Shown here piece by piece: positions 57,752 to 64,000 of a stretch of 64,000 nt of DNA. A model generated the notes under the pieces. It saw only the letters and a list, made by a program, of their open reading frames with translations. It was not told the origin of the DNA and searched no databases. The stretch lies in NCBI RefSeq assembly GCF_009914755.1, contig NC_060932.1, one strand, 5' to 3'. This DNA is from the human T2T-CHM13v2.0 reference genome, Homo sapiens. Positions within the stretch are counted from its first letter, which is position 1. Every line of letters starts with the position of its first letter. The position numbers and the translations under genes are program-made.

Positions 57752-59645
57752 AAGATAACATTTCTGAGAAGATGAAGCGTTTTCTCTCTATTTTTACCAC
57801 TATTTATAACTAAGAACTGTGGATGTTATATATAAAATAAATAAAAGAAAATTCTGAAAGACGGAGAGAAGAAGAAAATGTGCTAAAGCCCTCAGCACAT
57901 AAGGAACAGCACGGTAGTGACTTCCCTGAGTCGTCTTTTTTGCTGCTTATATCCTTCACTTAGAAATGAAGTAGCTAGCAACCAAGAAACACTAACAAGT
58001 GCAGAGAAAAAGAGCCCAAAAGAGCCTGCACTGCCTTTAATCAAAGGACCAGGAAAGCAAGAACCTACAAAGACAGACAACTTTCAAAAGATAATAACTC
58101 AACTCCAGTTGTAACCAAAACCAATTTCAGCTACTCACCACTCAAAAGCCAAACATGAGAAACAAGGGTTGGTAGGAGGAAACTCAAGTTTAATAGGAAA
58201 GTTAGCAAACCAAGAAGGTGGTGAGCTAGTGTTCTAAAGAACCATCTCAAATTTAAAAATTTATCATAGGTTTTTTAAAGGGAAACTTGGTTTGGGAGAC
58301 ATGCAGGAGTGGTGCAGGGTGCCGGGGCTGTGTGACTTAGTTCTGTGGGCTATCTTGGATAATTACCCGTCTGGAAGTCTGGTTGGCATTATCTTGACTT
58401 CTACCCCATGGTGATGGACTAATTGTGACTCTCCCTAAGCAAGTGGATTCAGCAGTCAGGGCTCCGTGCGTGATTTGTTTCAAGATTAGCCTCCAGAATT
58501 TCTTAAGCAAGAACATAATTAGATAAGTATGCATTGCCAAAGGGGAGTATCTGGAGAAGGAAGGAACAAAGGAGTGAAAGGGGAGGAAAGGAAGAAAAAG
58601 AAACTAGGTGATTAAAATATATTTTTAAAACTGAGGTCCCCAGTTACACAGTCAAACATCACAGAAAACACTATAACCAAACTCCCATTCATATTAGCAA
58701 AGGTTGAGAGGGGAACCTAGACTTCCACCCTCATGATGCTTTAGGAAGGTGTTCCAACACCCCTGTCAGTAATGCAAGAGATAGTCAAGAGGGAGCTGGG
58801 ACTTTCAACTCTGTGGACCAGTACCAAGACCTCCACCCATGAAGTATCAGAAAAGACTACGTGGAAAACCTGGATTTCAATACTCACCCAAAACTAACAA
58901 GGAGCCCCAGTCCCTTTCTTTCCACTGGGGTGGCATCAAAGGAGGCCTACTGGAGAGTCAGGAGTTCCCCTATTGCCCACAAGGAGGCTCCCCTACCCAC
59001 AAATGTCAATGGATGATGAGTGAGGACCCTGGACTACTACCTCCTCCTAGCAATAATAAGGCAGTGCCTTCCCTGCCCTGACAAAACAGTATTGGACAAA
59101 GCCAGCTGCAACAGAAGGTTAAAATAAGAAAAGGAGCCTTGTAACACAATATGAAAATATCCAAGTTTAAATGGAAAATCACGAATCATACCGGAAAATC
59201 ACGAATCATATCAAAAAATCACAAGAAACTCAAAGGAGAAAAAAAAGGCAATTAATATATAACACCAAGATATCAAAAAATAGTAGAATTATCTAACCAG
59301 GATTTTAAAGCAGATATCATAAAAATGCTTCAATAAGCAATGAAAAAAATGATGGAAACAACTGAAAAAAAATCGAGAGCCTCAGCAAAGAAATCAAAAG
59401 ACTAAACAAAGTAATAGAAGATACATTTTTAAAAGACGCGAAAGTTAAATTTTAGAACTGAAAATACAGTAACCAAAATAAAAATGACTGGGTTCAATAG
59501 GAGAATGGAGAGAACAGAGGGAAAAATCAGTGACCTGAAGACAGATCACTAGAAATTATCCAATCTGAACCAGAGAGAGGAAATAAACTAAAAAAAGTGA
59601 AGAAGCAAACAATCTGAAAGACATGTTGGACTATAACAAAAGAGT
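57752..59645 (+). mobile_element. Old L1 5'UTR and ORF1 start (L1MC/L1MD-type), split by an LTR
   Basis: ctgaaagacggagagaagaag..ggtagtgacttccctgag..; gggaacctagacttccaccctc; ORF1-like gaattatctaaccaggattttaaagcag..aaatcagtgacctgaagacag..atccaatctgaacc. Confidence 0.8.
58110..58648 (-). mobile_element. Solo ERV1-class LTR with perfect 4-bp TSD
   Basis: TGTAAC...GTTACA inverted termini; TSD cagt at 58106-58109 and 58649-58652; strand is inferred. Confidence 0.88.
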
Positions 59646-59906
59646 CTTCCTACGTTTGTTTTATATATAATGCCCAATGCGTCTAGTTGTACTTAGTGGG
59701 AGGCATCGGGAAAAGTGTATCTACACCATTTTCCTACAACAGGAAGTTCTCTAGATTTCCTTGAGTCTTCTCATCTCCTGGAATAAAGTGTATGTAACCA
59801 AGAGAAATTAATAGATACAGAGCAGCTTAGTATTCTCCCAGTCTGTTTACTAAATTTGAATTTCTTTTCTCCTATGTTTCTGATGCCTCACAAAGAGCAA
59901 ATTGGA

Positions 59907-60365
<459 letters not shown>

Positions 60366-62329
60366 TCAAGACGTTGCTTCTATCTACCATCTGTTCAGGC
60401 AGAAGGGGGTCATACTTCCAGGACTTGGCAGTGTCAGTGGTCTCTGCTGGTGCAGAAGCCTCTGGTCACTAGCTAACTACTCATTCCATTTGAATTCAGA
60501 AATCTTAAAACAATAACATTCTCTTGTTTACCCAGTCTTCAAAACACGGGGCACAAAGTAAGAAATTAAATGAAAAAGTGTGCTTTAATGAAGCAAGCAC
60601 ATACTAAGAACAGAATTCCAGAGTTCCAGTCCTAATTCTATTATGCCTTGACTTCTTATATGTAGAAGCTATTGTTTTTCCTTAAGAAATCATTTTTTTT
60701 CCTCCTGTGAAACATAAAAATCTTTGAGGTTGACAAAACCTTAGAGATTCAGTAGTGTAGCTCCTCAGCACAACCTAATATACCCCAATTTCTAGCTCCC
60801 AAACTCAATGAGTTACTGCACTTCACTGCTGTTACACATAATACCTGCCTGTTTTAGCTCCCTGGAATTTAAACTAGAATAAATGCTAATTAATCAGTTT
60901 ATATGTGTGTATGTATATAGTATTTGTAAACATAATCTATATGCACTTTTTAAAAACGCAAGTATAAAATAGTTGTACAAGTGCTTTGATTTCTCAAAAC
61001 CGCTATACATACCTATGGAAATGGTAATGTTACATAAGATGAAGCTGAGTAGTTACAGTTACAGTTTTTTACCTCAATGTATACTCCTACCTCTGCTAAA
61101 GGCAGAGAGTTAACTAGGGATTGCTTCGGGAAAATGAGGCAGAACATTTTCTTTTTTCAGAGGCTGCTGCTCACCTTTCCAGCAAAGAATAAGACTAGAC
61201 AAGAGGGAAAAGCATGGAAGGGATTTGTTTTTAAGTGATCCAAACTCCAACTGTCAGCCTGAAAGCAAAAATAATATGCAAGACACAAATAAAAACGAAT
61301 GATGACTTATCGGGACATTATTAGAAAGGGCACTGAGAATTTTAACTATACCACTTATAAATTTTTCGTCCTTCTTTCCAGAATCAAGGCATAATCTATG
61401 GCCAACCAAACATGTGTATCCAGCAAGAATTCAGATAGATTTTGTTTTTCTGAGATTTTTGTAAAAATTTTTCTACTTTGACCAAAAGTAATTTAAATAA
61501 ACATAAATTCACTCCAATGACACACCCCACTTTCCTAGCATCTTAGTTGCCTCATGAGCCCATTTGACACCTCTCTCTCTCTCTCTTACTCTCTCTCTAG
61601 ACTAACATACTTCACAGTATATTTTCACAGTATATTGTGTGGATTCCATTAAACGTTAAATACATGGCTCAGATTCCATGTTAAGTTAAATTTGAGAAAT
61701 TTTGGGTGAAATAAAGCTACAGGTCCATCTTTCTTCTGAGCTTTTAACAAAATTTAAAAGCTGCATCTCCTCTTCCTCCCCACCCCAACACATACACACT
61801 TGAGCAAGGAACACCTTCAGGTGTCAAGAATGATACTAGTGTTCCTTAAAACTTAACTGGGGAAACCAAAGCCCTAGGCACAAAAGTCAAGCTTCAATAT
61901 CTAGCCATATTCATGAAAACTTTGCATGAAAATATATATATATTTCATTTCTCCTTTCATATTGGAAAAATGTTCCACAGGGTGTGAGTGTGATATTGTC
62001 TGCCACCTCTGGTGCACAGCTTGGTGCTCATAACTTTCAGAAGCAAGCACCACCTATCCATTTTTCTCTTTATCTGCCTCAAAGCTTGTATCCTACAACA
62101 TCTAACCTAGCTTTTGCATAGCTTAGAGTAGATGTGAGAAACCTCATCCTCAATATTCTTCTCCTTACTTTTCTTTTTTCAAAAATATCATGTAGCTCTT
62201 CATAGTTATAGATAACAAAGTCATGCTCATTGTAGAAAATTCATCAAAGCCTAATATGTAAATTAAAATCATGTAACTTGATGTCGTATAAAATTATCAT
62301 AAAGTGTATATTAAGTAATAAATGCTTAA

Positions 62330-63365
62330 TAATAATCAAGAAAATCATGAAAGAGAAAAACATGAATAAAAGTGATCTAGGATTTGCATTAACAGATGTC
62401 AGAATAACTAAAATTCCACTATGATATAATCAATGTGATAGTGCATAAGAATGGACATATAGATTATTGAAACCAAATAGAAAATCCCAAAATAGATCCA
62501 AGAAAAAGCAATAATTTAATATATAACAAGAAAATATTTGGATTCAGTGGGAAAAGATAATTTATTTAATAAAGGATGCACGGAAAATAGCTGTGCATTA
62601 AGAGAAAACTAAAATTATATCCCTTTATCACACCATACACAAAAATTAATTACAAATGCATTATACACTTAATTTTTTTATTGAAACAATTGAAACCCTT
62701 AACAGAAAATCTAGGAGATTGCATATTTAGAATCTAAGGAAGGGGAGAGAATTTTAACAAAGATAAGAAACCTATATAAAATTTATATATTTATATAATC
62801 AAATAAATATATAAATAAATATTTGAATACATAAATATGTAATTTTTATGTGCCAAAGTCTTAAATAAAAAATTAATAGGCAAATGATTGGCTTTGGAAA
62901 AATAATGTAGATGACAAACTATTATAAATGGTTATATTTGTAAGGACACAGGGATTCTTAAATGATACAGGAAAAATACAAACAACTCTATAAACAAAAA
63001 AATAGAAAAAACAATTCACTGAATAGAAAATTCTAGTGACAAAATTAATAGTAATTATGGAATTTATCTCAAAGTAACCATAAAGTATAACTTTATACCA
63101 CTGAAATTAGCAAACATTTTTAAAAGCATTGTTTTTATTGTTGGCAGCGATATGCAATGGAAATGTAAATTGTTATCATCTTTGTAGAATATGGGAAGAA
63201 ATCTGGCAAGAGCAATTAAAATTAAAAATTCTTAAAACTAAAAATTAAAAACACGAAGTTTCTACTTTTAATAGTATTTCCTATTGAAAAAATCTTCAGC
63301 GCATGTGAATGTATGTACATAGATGATTACTGCAGAATTATTTATAATGGCAAAATAATGGAAAT
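62330..63365 (+). mobile_element. Old L1 (L1ME-type) ORF2 end
   Basis: gaatggacatatagattattgaaaccaaatagaaaatcccaaaatagatcc..cacaccatacacaaaaattaatt..tgcagaattatttataatggcaaaa. Confidence 0.75.
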
Positions 63366-63369
63366 GAGT

Positions 63370-64000
63370 TTACTTCCACTAGGAATCATGAAGCTTAAAA
63401 AGCATTTTTCCCACACTAACAATAAGAAAAATCTGGATAAACTAAATAAATCATAACTTCTCTTGAACTCATCAGGATAGTTTGAATAACCTAAGATGGG
63501 CAGGCCCCTCCCAAGAGAGAAGAGACAAGTAGGCTGACTTTTGTGGCAGAGCACAGGATAAGGATCACCCTACAAGCAGGTGAAAATACAACTAAAATTG
63601 TCATAGATTGCTGAAGACAGTGTCATAGGATAACACAACAGTATAGAACAAACAAAGGCCACGGACACAAGAGGTGACTGTGTTCATTTGCAGACTCTTT
63701 TCCACGGAATGTCATCAGGTGGTCAAAAGACATATTCGTGTAAGGACAGGGGAGCAGAGGGATCCCACACACATATAGCTGCTTATTAGTGCAGATGGGC
63801 TGGAGGGGATGCAGTGCTCCTGTGGAAAAGGCTCAGAGCCTCACTGCCCTCAATCCCCTAGATATTATCTCATTTGAAACTAAATCTTTAAGGTTCCTTA
63901 GAGGGGTAACAAATGCTACTACCTTCAGGGCACATGCAAAAACCCATGATGGCTGGTGAGAGGATAAAAGGAAAAACAAAAGAAAGTAACACTTTGATGC
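63370..64000 (+). mobile_element. Probable old L1 5'UTR, continuing beyond the window
   Basis: acttccactagg..cccacactaacaataagaaaaatctggataaact..aatcataacttctcttgaactcatcag. Confidence 0.5.

Overview
This is AT-rich hominid genomic DNA, most likely human, as shown by AluY/S/J copies and an SVA element. It looks intergenic or deep-intronic. I found no credible protein-coding gene, RNA gene or CRISPR array; the longer ORFs in the track trace to Alu, SVA, L1, LTR or microsatellite sequence and the rest look like chance ORFs. Roughly half the window is recognisable transposable-element debris: about 15 Alus, many L1 fragments (L1PA/PB/MA/MB/MC/ME), a probable HAL1, L2, L3/CR1, MIR, several solo LTRs, and Tigger/MER2/MER5 DNA elements. 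I see no evidence for a new biological system. The most notable items are structural: a 3'-truncated SVA with only one apparent TSD copy (probable post-insertion deletion), a tiny twin-primed inverted L1PA with a perfect 16-bp TSD, a possible Alu-monomer/L1 chimera, an internally deleted L1 nested in HAL1, a dense TF-motif cluster in unique sequence, and two perfect palindromes. Subfamily names come from recalled consensus sequences and boundaries of old repeats are approximate; RepeatMasker/Dfam should confirm them.
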